A DNA stretch of 56,146 nucleotides, filler included, from Bipalium vagum (taxonomy: Eukaryota): assembly GCA_037834085.1 (NCBI GenBank). It is 3 parts of 3 records of this genome, joined end to end, with 100 filler letters (N's around TTAATTAATTAA, not from the genome) between each part and the next. Parts side by side here need not be neighbours in the genome. Positions count along the whole stretch, not along the records: positions 1 to 19,646 come from JBBMKC010270637.1; positions 19,747 to 38,317 come from JBBMKC010025275.1; 1 more part is not named here. One strand, written 5' to 3'. The notes under the pieces are model-generated. The model was not told the origin of the DNA and ran no database searches. It was given only the letters and a program-made list of their open reading frames with translations. The position numbers and the translations under genes were made by a program. Of this stretch, positions 14,841-26,677 are shown piece after piece; positions within the stretch are counted from its first letter, which is position 1; every line of letters begins with the position of its first letter.

Positions 14841-14923
14841 TTGAGAAAAACATTGCCTCTTTCCTATGTTCTGAGTAATTTTATAAAACCCTTTTTCGAA
14901 ATAAAGTGGTAGTTTTCGTTTTC
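14841..14923 (-). CDS. ds: Dachsous-like cadherin, exon 2
   Basis: Follows a 47-nt GT-AG intron (14924-14970). The phase-1 join gives G-KRKLPLYFEKGFYKITQNIGKRQCFSQ, ending at a strong CAA|GTAAGT donor (phase 0). Confidence 0.75.
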
Positions 14924-14970
14924 CTTAATAATTATTAGAATAATGATCTTATTAAATATTTTCACATTAC

Positions 14971-16588
14971 CTTTTATTATAATCTTGACTAGAGCATAAT
15001 CAATGGGTACTTTGTTTTTCACTAAATTCAATGAGACATTTAATAAGTATATTCCACAGTCTACAAAGGATTTGGAAGTTACGACTCCAGAACTTTGATT
15101 AATTTTAAACCAGTCGCTATGGTTTGAAAGATTGAAATAAAACTTAGACATGACAGGAATAGGTCTGTTGAGTTCAACAGTTAATATAATTTGATTACCA
15201 TAAAGTATAGGGTTTTCTAATTCGATACTGTGAACTTTTGTCTTAAAAAATATTTTACCCAAAAATGATTGTTTCACGTTAATATAGAGTACAGAAATCG
15301 TTGACAAAGAAGGTTCTGGAAAATCAATTGCTTGCAACGTTAAATTTACGATATCACTCTCAAAGTTACTTAAGTTTATCAATCTTAATTCCCACAGTGA
15401 AGATTGTATGTTGATCAGCTGAAAGTCAGAGTGATTTAAAATATTCAATTCGAATGAGGTGGATATGAGATCAACGTCTGTCACTTTAATATGAGCTATA
15501 ATTGAATTTAGTTTAGCATTTTCGTTAATAACAGGGGATCCGTTTGTCCAGACCGTTTGAATGATGGGTGGATTGTCATTTACATCAATGACATCGATTA
15601 TTATAGGCACTTTTGAAGTGTGAAGAGGTGAGTTATCTCTTACTCCGATACTTATTTGATGAGACTTTTTCTGTTCAAAGTCCAAATTCATTCTCAGAGA
15701 TATGTCTCCTGATTTATGATGAACAGTAAAATATTTGTTATCCACTGAGTTATTTTCCATAAAATAAAACAGTTCCCCTGTTACTCCAAAATCGCTATCT
15801 GTTGCTCTTACTCGCATAAAAGGCTTGTTAAGTTCATGATCTTCTTTTATACTTATAATATATCGAGATACATCAAATTTTGGTACATTATCATTGGCAT
15901 TCTGAACATTTATTTTAACAAGTAATGTCGATTGAAGGGGTGGAGAACCTCCATCAATTGCTTGGATAACAAAATTAAATTGAGATATACTCTCATAGTC
16001 TAATGGATGTTTTAAGATTAATCTAAGATAAAATAGTCCTTTAGAACCTTCATGATAATCGATTGCAAAAAATTTTCCATAGTCGCCCGAAATTATTTTC
16101 ACTAACTGAATACTGTTTCTACCTTCGTCTGGATCATAAACTGTTGTTAAATCAACCTTTGATCCAACAGGATAGTTTTCAGGAATTGTTTTCTCTAGAC
16201 TCGATACATTAAATTTCGGTTCGTTATCATTAACATCGATTAATTTTATTTGTATACTTTTAGTTTCCCCATTCACAGATATTATTAAAAATGAATACGT
16301 ATCTTGCTTTTCTCGATCTAACATTCTTGCTATTTTTATAATCCCAGTAGCCTTTGAAATCACAAAATTTTTACCTTGAAAATAATGAATTTCATAAGGT
16401 GGACTAAATCCTGGAGCACTGATTTGACCAACTATTTCACCGATTTTTGAATTTTCTTTAATATAGAATGTATTTAGGTCATTTTCTTTCAAGGATTCAT
16501 TGAGACATTGATTAAATGTGATAATAAAAATTAATATAAATCTATATTCAATAAAATTGGCCAATAAAGAACAGAGATATAGAAACAT
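14971..16588 (-). CDS. ds: Dachsous-like cadherin, coding exon 1 (signal peptide + about 5 EC repeats)
   Basis: Hydrophobic N-terminus; cadherin motifs LDRE/LDYE/LDFE, DVNDNEPKF, NANDNVPKF, DVNDNPP, AIDGGSPP, ATDSD. The exon ends at AAAG|GTAATG (phase 1), so the ORF-track tail to 14864 is intron read-through. FVDCG in EC5 plus cysteines in the next repeat resemble Dachsous/DCHS (family recall, no search run). Confidence 0.9.
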
Positions 16589-17197
16589 TTTAAAATACTA
16601 TTTTCGATAGAAAATCCATATAGTATAAAATAAACAACGCTGAAGCAGGCTCAAAATTTAATAAATTAATATTTCAAAGATAAACAAATTAATGCCTTTA
16701 TAAAGATTAATCTACTATCAATTATTAGACAGTTTAAACAAAATGCAAATGTTAATAATTATATATAAAATTTTTGAAGAACTTATAGACTTCATGCATT
16801 GAAATTTATTATTATTATTTAAATTATTTTATTATTATTAGAAAAGTATACATGTTAAATAAAAAGAAGTTTAACAATGTTATGTAACATTTTTGAAAAT
16901 CTTAAATTGAAAGTCAATTTGAATATTTTCTAATTTATGCTTTATTATATAGCAGAATTAAGAACTCATTTTGATGATGTGAAGACTTCCGAATAAAAAA
17001 AATTAACTACTGTGCTAATTTTGATTATTGTGTTTATTTTGACCAATCATTAATATCAGTTTTATTTCATTTTTATTTTGAAATATATTATTAAAATATA
17101 AATATTACTAAATATAAATAATGTAATAAAGATTATATTAAAACAATACATACTTAAATTGGATCAATTTCAGTTAAAACTACATTTCTGAAAAAGT

Positions 17198-17990
17198 TGT
17201 GTCAAATTTAGTTGATTTTCTTATGTGTGTCAAGGTTTATTGATGACATTATGTTGTGTCAAATTTAAATGATTTTTTGTGTAGTATCAAATTTTTCATG
17301 GTTAACAAATTTCAAAATTGAACTTAGGCAAATCATTAAATCAATCTTTTTGTGTCTAATGAATTGACGTATTCGCAAATGAAATATCAGGTATCGATTT
17401 CAGCCCCAGTTTTTATAATTGGTAAAATAAAGTTATTTTACAAGAAAAACTCCATAAAACTGGATGGAATTGAAATTATTTTTCAATGCGTCGAGGTAAA
17501 GGTCAATAACAACATTAAATACCACCGTGACAGAGGACCAAAATTTGGGCACTCACAATTTTCGATGCATCAGTGAATTCAGCTATTTGATTCTACCAGG
17601 TAATTCCAGATTAAAAAGCCGATACAATGTTATCAATTATTAGAAGTTTCGTTCGTCCCGGTTCAATAATATATACCGACGAATAGAAGTCTTATTTTAA
17701 ATTGAACTTTTAAACTTTTTAAACAAAATTCATATGGTTCGATACCTGGAGGGAAGAAACATTTAGTTAAACTCCACAATTACTTATAATATAAAAAATT
17801 TTGTAAAAGATGTTTTGTTAATTTTGTTTTCTATTTTAATCATATATTGTCAAATTTAGTTGATTTTTTACGTAGCTTTAAATTTTATTGATGACATTAT
17901 GTTTAGTCAAATTTAAATTTTTTTCTGTAGTGATGACATTATGTCATTATGTCATGTAATGTCACATTATGATGACATTATGTCATGTAA
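17198..17990 (+). repeat. Direct repeat of ~90 bp (about 17200-17290 and 17848-17935) built from TGTCAAATTT / TGACATTATGT units, upstream of the cadherin
   Basis: TGTCAAATTTAGTTGATTTT...TTATTGATGACATTATGTT..GTCAAATTTAAAT occurs in both copies. Confidence 0.75.
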
Positions 17991-18249
17991 GATTTAATTG
18001 TTGGTTGTTGTAATATCATGTTAATATGATCCCTTAAATTAAAAACGGAAAAGAACATGCATTTTTTGAAGAGTTATTTTAATAATATGTTATTAAAATT
18101 CATTATTACAATAAAAATGTTTAAATTATTTATTCGTAAAACTAAATGTTTATTTATTAAATTTTTGGTGCTGGTATTTCCAATTCTTCGGAATGCTATT
18201 TTTTTAAATAAACACTTAGAAGGTATAATAAATGAATAGGTCAAAATTA

Positions 18250-18560
18250 CATTTCAGACATGTACTAATGATTTTATTTACTATGCAGGAATCAGTAGAA
18301 AACATATACTAGTGAGGCTTCATTGTTATCAAACTACAAATTCTGATTTTCTATATTTAAACCAGATGACTACGATTTGAATTATAAAAAGACAAGGTCA
18401 GCCAAAAAGTTTGAAGACAGTCAATTGAAATGTTTATTGAATGACAACCATGCTAAAACAGAGAAATAGTTGACTCTGACACAAAATACACAAACTTATG
18501 CTTTACATTATGTCATAAAGAATGAAATGCAAAACTTTATCGCAAAATGTTGTTAAGTTT
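18250..18560 (+). mobile_element. Mariner N-terminal remnant
   Basis: FKPDDYDL...GQPKKFEDSQLKCLLNDNHAKT resembles the Mos1-type HTH linker. Confidence 0.65.
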
Positions 18561-18789
18561 TAAAAAGACCTAAAAAGATAATTTATTATGAAAATGATTA
18601 TAAATATGATTATTAATATTTAATCGGGTTAAGAATATTGATAGTGGTCTCTTTAGGAACTTAACATAAAATATATGCAAATTCAGAAAGATTTAGTGCG
18701 CGTACGTTCGAAGTTAAAATGTCAGTGACAATAAAATGTTGATTACTAAAAGTGAACTTCTCAAATTTATTAACAGAAACTGATTTCAA

Positions 18790-18885
18790 AACCTTTTAAC
18801 TTTCAAAACGATAAACGATAAACTTTTTAAACTTTTAATCGATAAACGAAAAACATTTAAAACGATAAACTTTCAATCGATTAAC
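18790..18885 (+). repeat. Short degenerate (AACGATA / CGATAAAC) repeat cluster
   Basis: About five CGATAAAC-like units in ~95 bp; resembles subterminal repeats of DNA transposons. Confidence 0.6.
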
Positions 18886-19646
18886 TGAGATAACAAGTTG
18901 CTTTATATAAAATATATATTTTATATAAATCTAACAACTTTATTTTTTAATACAATTTTACTTTTAAGTTAATAGAAAAGTCAGAACACCCTTCGGTATC
19001 TTACTCTCAAGGGCCCTCAGATAAAAAATCGGTTTTCCGTCCTACTTGACGTGAAGAACACAAAAAAAGAAAAAAAGATAACAATTATTTGATCCTAAGG
19101 TATTGGAGTAGCTGTCCAATCCTTAGTGTTTATTTAATTTAATTAATAACTTATAATTCGTAATCGAATTATAGTTTTTAATTTTTATTATTATGTTTTA
19201 TTTAAGTATCGGTTCACCTGAGAACAGTGTGAAACCAGGAATTATTTTATTTATTTATTTAATGATAAAAGTTTATTTAGACTTGTAATCATATCTAATA
19301 AACTTATCAAATAAAAATAATTTATTAATTATTGAAGAATTCACTTGGTACCTGGTCACCGAGACGAATGATTTAATAGTCCGTTGATTGTTCTGGATTG
19401 GAATCGGCTGCTTTCCTCTGATTATCTGCGTTTTCGGGTTTATTTGCGTCTATGGCGCTCTTCGAATATTGATATTTGGTTGATATCCGCTTGCTCTTCC
19501 TCTAGAACTCTTGTTCGCTTGTATCTTTCTTGTGTCTTTTTTAGTGTGTTTTAATACTGAAATACTTCAGTATTTATATTATTTTATTTTTCTATATTTT
19601 TAATTATAGTAACTTTATGTTACTACTTTTAGATTTCATGTTAAAA

Positions 19647-19746
19647 NNNNNNNNNNNNNNNNNNNNNNNNNNNNNNNNNNNNNNNNNNNNTTAATTAATT
19701 AANNNNNNNNNNNNNNNNNNNNNNNNNNNNNNNNNNNNNNNNNNNN
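19647..19746. other. Artificial scaffold join N44-TTAATTAATTAA-N44
   Basis: Exactly 100 bp with a central six-frame stop linker; identical structure at 38318-38417. Confidence 0.97.
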
Positions 19747-20990
19747 TGTCAAAACCGTATTTATTGTTATATTAAACAATAACATAGATAATGGACAGCC
19801 CTGCCTTACCCCTCTCTTAACGTTTATAGGGTCTGTAGAAATGGTCTCACAGAAAACTTTGGTTTGGCAATTTTGATATAAGTCTTCGATTATTTGTCGT
19901 GCATTTTCACCAACTCTGTGTCTTTCTAAGATGTCTAATATAACTCTGATCAGCACACTTCCGAATGCATCTGAAATATCAATGAAGCAGTTAAAAAGAT
20001 CCTCCTTCTTTAATTTAGCTTCCTCGATTTTCAGAGTCAGATTGAAGTTGTGTTCGGAACAGCCCTCAAAGTGCCCTAGTGATTTTATGATTTTTGTGCA
20101 TCAGCTTCTCTACCCGAACCCAGTCCTCTAACTGTTTGCAAAGAATTGACGTATAGAGCTTGTAACTCGTATTTAGAATGGCAATTGGACGCCAAGCATT
20201 GACTTTTAAGTAGTCGTCTTTGTTCGGCTTTGGAATTAATTTTGTTGAATATTCTTTCCACAGGTCTGGCATCTTTCGTTCAAGCATTATTGACTGCAAG
20301 AGATGTTCGTAGATCAGGACTTCTGGGTCAGCAATCAGGATGTCGTTATATATGATCCCATCTTGGCCAGGAGATGATTTTTTGTTTCTGCTTTTCAGAG
20401 TTTGTAGGATATCAGCTGTGGTGGGTAGACTAAAGTCGAATTTTTTTTCAGCTTGCTTGATCATTGGAGCAATCGAGGACGACCAGTTAGGCGGTTCTGG
20501 GATTGTCGATTTTTTCTTGAAGTCCGCCTTTATGTTATCAAGAGTTGGACATGTCTTAATTTCTGGCTCATCGATGTTTCGTATGATCTCCATCGCTCGT
20601 TTCATGTTTTTGTTGAACATTACTTTGAGATTTGATGGTTTAGAGTTCCGTGTAAGCCTAAGGTCAGGCTTATATGCTTTACACGGATTACAGTTCATTA
20701 TGAATTGGTTTATGATCCATATTTTGTTGTTTATTGGCATCACTAGATTTTTGGTTAACAAACCATGTAATCTTTTATTTAATGTTTCATTGCTTTCAAC
20801 GGATGTCTGCAATGGTTTGACCCGTTTTATGGTTTTCCTCTGTGTTGAGGTAGGAGCTGTGAATAGATCCTGGCTCATTTGGCTGGTTGAAGGAACCAAA
20901 ACTTGTTGGTTCGAGGCATCCAACGATTCCTTTTGACTGATGGAATCTTCCGAAGAGCAGTTTATGTCGAATTCTTAATCTTCAGGTTGA
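19747..20990 (-). mobile_element. Non-LTR retrotransposon RT fragment, restriction-like-endonuclease group (NeSL/R2/R4-like)
   Basis: SSPGQDGIIY, LIPK, WRPIAILNTSYKL, then a frameshift near 20080, then EGCSEHNF, FIDISDAFGSV, GVRQGCPLSMLLFN. Cut off by the scaffold join before YADD. Confidence 0.9.
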
Positions 20991-21317
20991 CTACTTCCTC
21001 TGACGATAAGTCTTTTCTAATCAATAAACTGTTATTGCAATATCAAAAAAAATATCTCTGTGAATTTCTTAACTGAGATCTTTGCCTTAAATAGAAGTAA
21101 AGATTGGCCAACGACCTTCAATCGCTACTTTTAAAAGGCTATTTCCTCATTTGGTCTAAAATTTCATAAATTATGTTACAATTATTTCGACAACGAGAAT
21201 TAGTACATAAATATTTTTACAAATAACTAATTATCTCGACGGAGAGATAAATCATTATTTTTACAAGTTTTAAAATTCATATTATAAATAATTAATTTAT
21301 TATTATTTTTATTTTTA

Positions 21318-21319
<2 letters not shown>

Positions 21320-21354
<35 letters not shown>
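21320..21354. repeat. (TTA)n microsatellite
   Basis: About 11 consecutive TTA units. Confidence 0.9.
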
Positions 21355-21355
<1 letters not shown>

Positions 21356-21559
21356 TAAATTAATTTTATTATTAGACTCTTAATTATTATTATTGATCCT
21401 TAGTGGTTCTGTCTTTGGTGAACTCAACAGAATGTAAGAAAAAAGTTGTATTTAATTTTTATATTTTCTTGTATTTCATGAATTTCAAATTCTTAGATAA
21501 ATTTTTTTTTAATTTATTTTATTTTCATAAAATTTTGGAAGTAAAAGAACAATGAATAA

Positions 21560-23515
21560 TACAAAATTATCAATATCAGGATGTTTCCTATCCTCGTAGT
21601 TTAGAAAGATTATACGTGTCAACATAAGCAAAACGTCATTTCTCGTCGATTGCAGACTTCCGGACTTAGATTCCATCAATGCCGCCGCAAACCGATGTTA
21701 TCTCCTGTTAATATTCACAAAAGATTAGCATGCGCTAAGAAATATGAAAATGAAACATCTGAGTATTGGAGATCAGTGATTTGGTCTTGTGAAAAGCTAA
21801 AAATATCTGAGTAACATATTTAATTTTTTAATTTAATTTGTAGTATATTGAGCTTAAAGATTTTAATAATTAAATAAAGGTATAAATTAAATTTTTAAAA
21901 AAAAACAAACAAATTTTAACGCTAAACATATACAAATTAAATGCGAAAATTTTTTGTGAAAAGTATTATAATTTCATTTGTTTTAATAGCAAAATGAACA
22001 AAACAGAGAACGGTTTGAATTAATGAATTATAATGGAGTGTAATGATTATTTAGCCACAACTAGCATGGCGAACCACAACTCTCTGGACCTAATCCATGA
22101 AGCAATATTTCCTAGGATCTTCAAGAAAGGAGAATATGTTGAAAAATTTATCAAGAGATGCACCACAGAAACGGACATCATACGGAAGAATGCTACACAA
22201 ATCTTGGGAAATTGTCTGACAACGGAAAGGAGAATTACGCAGGACGACGAGCAACATACACTGGAAGAAATATCGAAAGAAATCCAAACTTTTATCAAAC
22301 TTTGCGGCATACCATTGGAGAAAATAAGCAAAAGCCAGACATAAAGTACGTTAATGGAGTATCAGAAGACGAGGATATGGACTTCATTCGGAGAGGAGAT
22401 AAACTGTTCTGTTACGATCGAGAATCAGACACATTTTGAGAAGAACACCCAAACGCAAACGCTCCACACGAATTCGAGTTCGATCGGAACAATGAATTAG
22501 ATGAAGTTAACTATCGCGATATTTATATCTATAATAGAATTAATTTATTAAATATTATAGAAGATGAAGCGGACAAAAAGATATACAAAACTGATGATGC
22601 AATGGAGAAAGTGTACAGATTTATAAAAATGGAGGAATTGAATATTGATGCAGACAGAAAGAGCAGCACAGAAGAAGGAAACGAGATACTGCTAATAGAA
22701 GAAAGAGGACAACAGAGCAGCTATGATAAGATGAAAGGCAGACTGAGTGTAGCAGTTCAGATTTAAGGATACCGATTTGAATGTTTATTAGATACAGGGG
22801 CCCGTATCAATGTGATGAGCTGGAAGGTTTTCGAAGGATTAAAGGACTTTGAATAAAGAGATAGCGAAGACAATCTGTAATGTGCTAACAATAGTCCACT
22901 TGAAACGATAGGTGTAATAAACGTGGGCGTATTTATATGGAATACGACCATAAAGGTGTGTGCGTGTTGGTAAATGTCGCAGACAAAAAGATAAATGCCG
23001 TATTTTACCAAGAGATTTTGAAGAATGATTTGCTTCAATCTATTTCTAGACTGCATCCATATAATGAATATCTATTTGAACAAGATAATGAGACATCATA
23101 AAGCGAAATAGGTGAAAATGTAGCTGGAACAAAAATCGATACCTGTTATACCGGATTGGCCACCACAATCTCCCGATTTAAACCCGGTTGAATATATATG
23201 AGACTATATTGTTAGAAGAGTTCATGGTAAAGGTAACAAAAAAGATCTATGGAAACTGGTCAGATCAGAATGGGAAGCAATTTTTCAATAACCTGATTTG
23301 GAGTATACCTACTCGTTTGAAGGAAATAATCAAATTATGCGGTGGATCTACAAAATACTGAACATATTTTTAATGTTTTGTATTAGTAAATAAATATTCC
23401 ATAGCATGCAAAAACCCGTTTCTGATTATCTTTAAAATTGTTTGTTTTTATAGAAATTTAAATACTAAATTGTTGGAAATTTTAAGGCGTTAACTTTTTT
23501 ATGGACCGTTGTGTA
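21560..23515 (+). mobile_element. Tc1-like transposon remnant in two halves (about 21560-21800 and 23130-23515)
   Basis: RRLQTSGL....RRKPMLSPVNIHKRLACAKKY....YWRSVIWSCE and DWPPQSPDLNPVE....GGSTKY*. TIR-like end ...ATGGACCGTTGTG-TA. Confidence 0.82.
22033..23060 (+). mobile_element. Gypsy-type LTR retrotransposon gag-protease fragment (pseudogenised)
   Basis: Zinc-knuckle-like HHRNGHHTEEC and a retropepsin motif ECLLDTGARINVM (DTG at 22791), followed by CANNSPLETIG. Multiple stops and frameshifts. Confidence 0.75.
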
Positions 23516-26500
23516 TAATTAATATTTTGGTTAAATCCAAAATAAATAATAAAATAAACATAGCTGATATATATAATATTTTGTGATTTTAACTAGAGAG
23601 AAATTTCTAACAAAACCTGGTTTGTTTTAAATAAATATTGCTCCTATAATTAGAATTGTAGATATTAAAACAACTGTTTTCGAAGATATCAGAAAAATTA
23701 TTCAATTATGTAAGCAAATTTCGGTTTATGAATTAATTAATTTTTAATAAAATTAATAAAAAATATATTTATTCTTTCAGAATTTTCTATCATGTCTAAT
23801 TTTTTAAAACCATTTGTAATTTAATTATCTAAATTTATTGATTTTTATTTTTATAAATAAAACGTTTAAAATTAAAAAAAATTATTTTATTTTTTAATTT
23901 TAAAAAGTTTGTTTAAACTTTCATAAAAATTTCTTTTGAAAAATAAAATTTTATAAAAATCGAAATAATTTTTCTGATTCCCATGGAGAACAATCAAAAC
24001 CAGATTACAATTAATTGTAATTACAAAAATCAGAAGAATATTTATAAAAAAATTGAATAATTAAAAGCTTTTTCTTACAAAATTACTTAATTCCCATATT
24101 TATTAAAATGAATAAAAATCAATTTTTTTATAACATCATTTTCTTATATTACGTAAAAACAATTTATTCTTTTTTTTGTGAGTATTGATAATTATATTTT
24201 TTATCGTTGAAATAAAAAGACTTTTATGCTCCAGTTAAGCTGATAAAAAATATTTCAATATTTAATTGAAAAAAAGAATTCGTCCAAATATTATCATTTT
24301 AATTATCTTTTTGTCATGACGACTTTTAAGTAATAATCAAATGAAGAATACATTTGTTTTAATCGATCATTTCGTGATTTTACTAAGCAGATTTATTAAC
24401 AATGACAATTAATTTTTAAAAAATTGTAAATATTTTACAAATTAATTTTTATTAATTATTTTAATAATACCGTGAATTTTTCTGAATAAAATAGAAGAAT
24501 TCCAAATTTTTATTTTAAAAAAACGTTAATTTTCTACTAAAAAAAAGAAAAAGATTTTATATAAAGTTTCTTCTGATTGTTGTTTGAATAAATTTCAAAA
24601 CCCTAAGGGTCTCTTTAATTATTTTGTAACAAAATTTTTTTTTGATTTTCTGCACTATCTTTATTATTATTTTATCATAATTCATCTGAAGCAATCTCTG
24701 AACTCTGAAATTAAAAAAACTATTCTTAGAAAATCAAAATTATAAGATTGAAAAGAATTTTAGAAAAATAAAATAAACAACAAGTTTTCTTGGTATGGAT
24801 AAAAGAATATTTTCTATACATTCCAAAAAATAGAAGATCATTTTTCCATGACAATTATGAATCAAATTACAGTATTTCAGCTAAAACTTCATATTGCCCT
24901 GTGTACATATTTTTGTAAATAAGAAAGTTGTACAGTATTTATTAATAATATTAATTTCACAATTCAGAAAAAAATCAATGTTATCCTGATTATTAATCAC
25001 AAATACTTTCTGAAAAGTAAGTGATTTTACTATAACATTCCACTTATATATCAGATTTTAACTCATGTCATGCGCAAATTTTCGCAAATTCGTATTTAAT
25101 AATAATTTCATCAATTTTTGATCTAATCTTGAATCAAATTTCTCCATTACTATTATAAGGAATTATGAAGATTTAAGATAATTTCACTTATTCAATAAAA
25201 ACAACATAATTAGATTTGTTTGAATAGTTGATTGTTGGAAGTTGGCAGATTTTTTAATTAAAAGTTTTGGGATGGAATTATCTTGTTCTTAAGAACAGAT
25301 TAACAATTACCATTGACTAAAACAATATTCGTTTCATTTTTAATGATTTAAATTTTTTATTGTGTATTATGAATAAACAAATTTTATAATTTCAACTTGT
25401 AAATTAACAATTTCATGATTTTGAGCTAACTTTTCTATGCTGCTGTGATTTAGAATTGAAAGGAAATGCGATAGGTGATAGTTTATGGAGTGCTATTGTG
25501 ATTTACCACTTTTTTATTTAAATGACTATTTCAAAAACTGAATAAAAATATTTATGTAAAAAAATTTCTTGTAAATCATGTTTTTAATATTAAAAAAGTT
25601 GAATCATTTTTAAATTTTCAATGAAAGCCAAAAAATATTAGAAAACTTAGACAATATCTTTAATAATTACCAGAAAAGTAAATATCATAATCCATAGGTT
25701 TTAATGAAATTAGAAAGAAGAGAGAAATATCTACCACCGAAACTATGTTAAAAGCTTTCCTCATATTATGCATTACATATCAGTAAAATAGTGGACTGAT
25801 TTCTTCCCAAACGTTTTATGAAATTTCGGAAAATTATTCGACCTCTTGCAAAATTTGATAGATGAGTAAAATGTTGCATTCTTATTCCAATAATATTGCT
25901 AAATGTAATATAAGTATTATTTACTATTGATGAATTATTTAATTAACTATTTTAAAATTATGGATATCTGATTAAATTAAATTGATTAAACAAAAGATGT
26001 AATAATTAAGATGTAATTCATTAAAATAATAAATGTTACTTTTTTATTGAAAATAAGTATATATTATTTTTTAATTAAATATTTTTTATTTTAGAAGGAT
26101 TTCGTATTTAGACCACATGCGTGAAGTGAATTTCAAAGGAAAGGTAAATAAAATATATTGTATATTCAAAAGAGTTATAAAGAGAATGACCTTCTTAATG
26201 TCAACTATAAATATATTAAAGTATTTTCTATATTATGCTAATTATAGAAACAAATAATTATAAATATTTTTAAAATCATGAGTTTTTTTTATCTAATCCT
26301 GATTTATTAATCGTTTTTCAAATATAAATCAATGGATAGTCTGATTACTCTGGATCTCAAATGCTAAAAAGACTGATCCTAGAGAAAAATATAAAATAAT
26401 GAACTAATATTCAACTTTAAAATTAAAAAATTAGAACTATTTATAAAAAAAACATGAATCAGAAATCAACTGATTTGTTTTAAACAATGTCCAAAATATA

Positions 26501-26677
26501 AAACTAAATAACAAAATCACGTTTACAAAAAAGAATCTATATTATTTTTAATCATAAATATTTAAAAATTAAATTTATATATAAAATTTTATAAGCTAAC
26601 TTCTTTTTAAAAATATAAAAAAGAATTTACAGGTCTGTAAATTTTTTTTTAATATTAGTTGCTTTATCACTTAATGT

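Noticed and set aside
14864-14970. C-terminus of the 574-aa ORF (NVKIFNKIIILIIIKENE...) as a TM segment or true stop
   Set aside because: It is better explained as read-through of a 47-nt intron followed by the wrong frame of exon 2.
20340-20936. 198-aa plus-strand ORF (also 13616-14005, 22047-22331, 42974-43168, 43756-43950)
   Set aside because: Antisense shadows of the RT, hAT, Gypsy and GPCR coding sequences.
26095-26143. Possible 49-nt plus-strand exon (TTTTAG|...AAG|GTAAAT; RISYLDHMREVNFKGK)
   Set aside because: Good splice signals but no homology or partner exons; it could be a UTR exon or chance.
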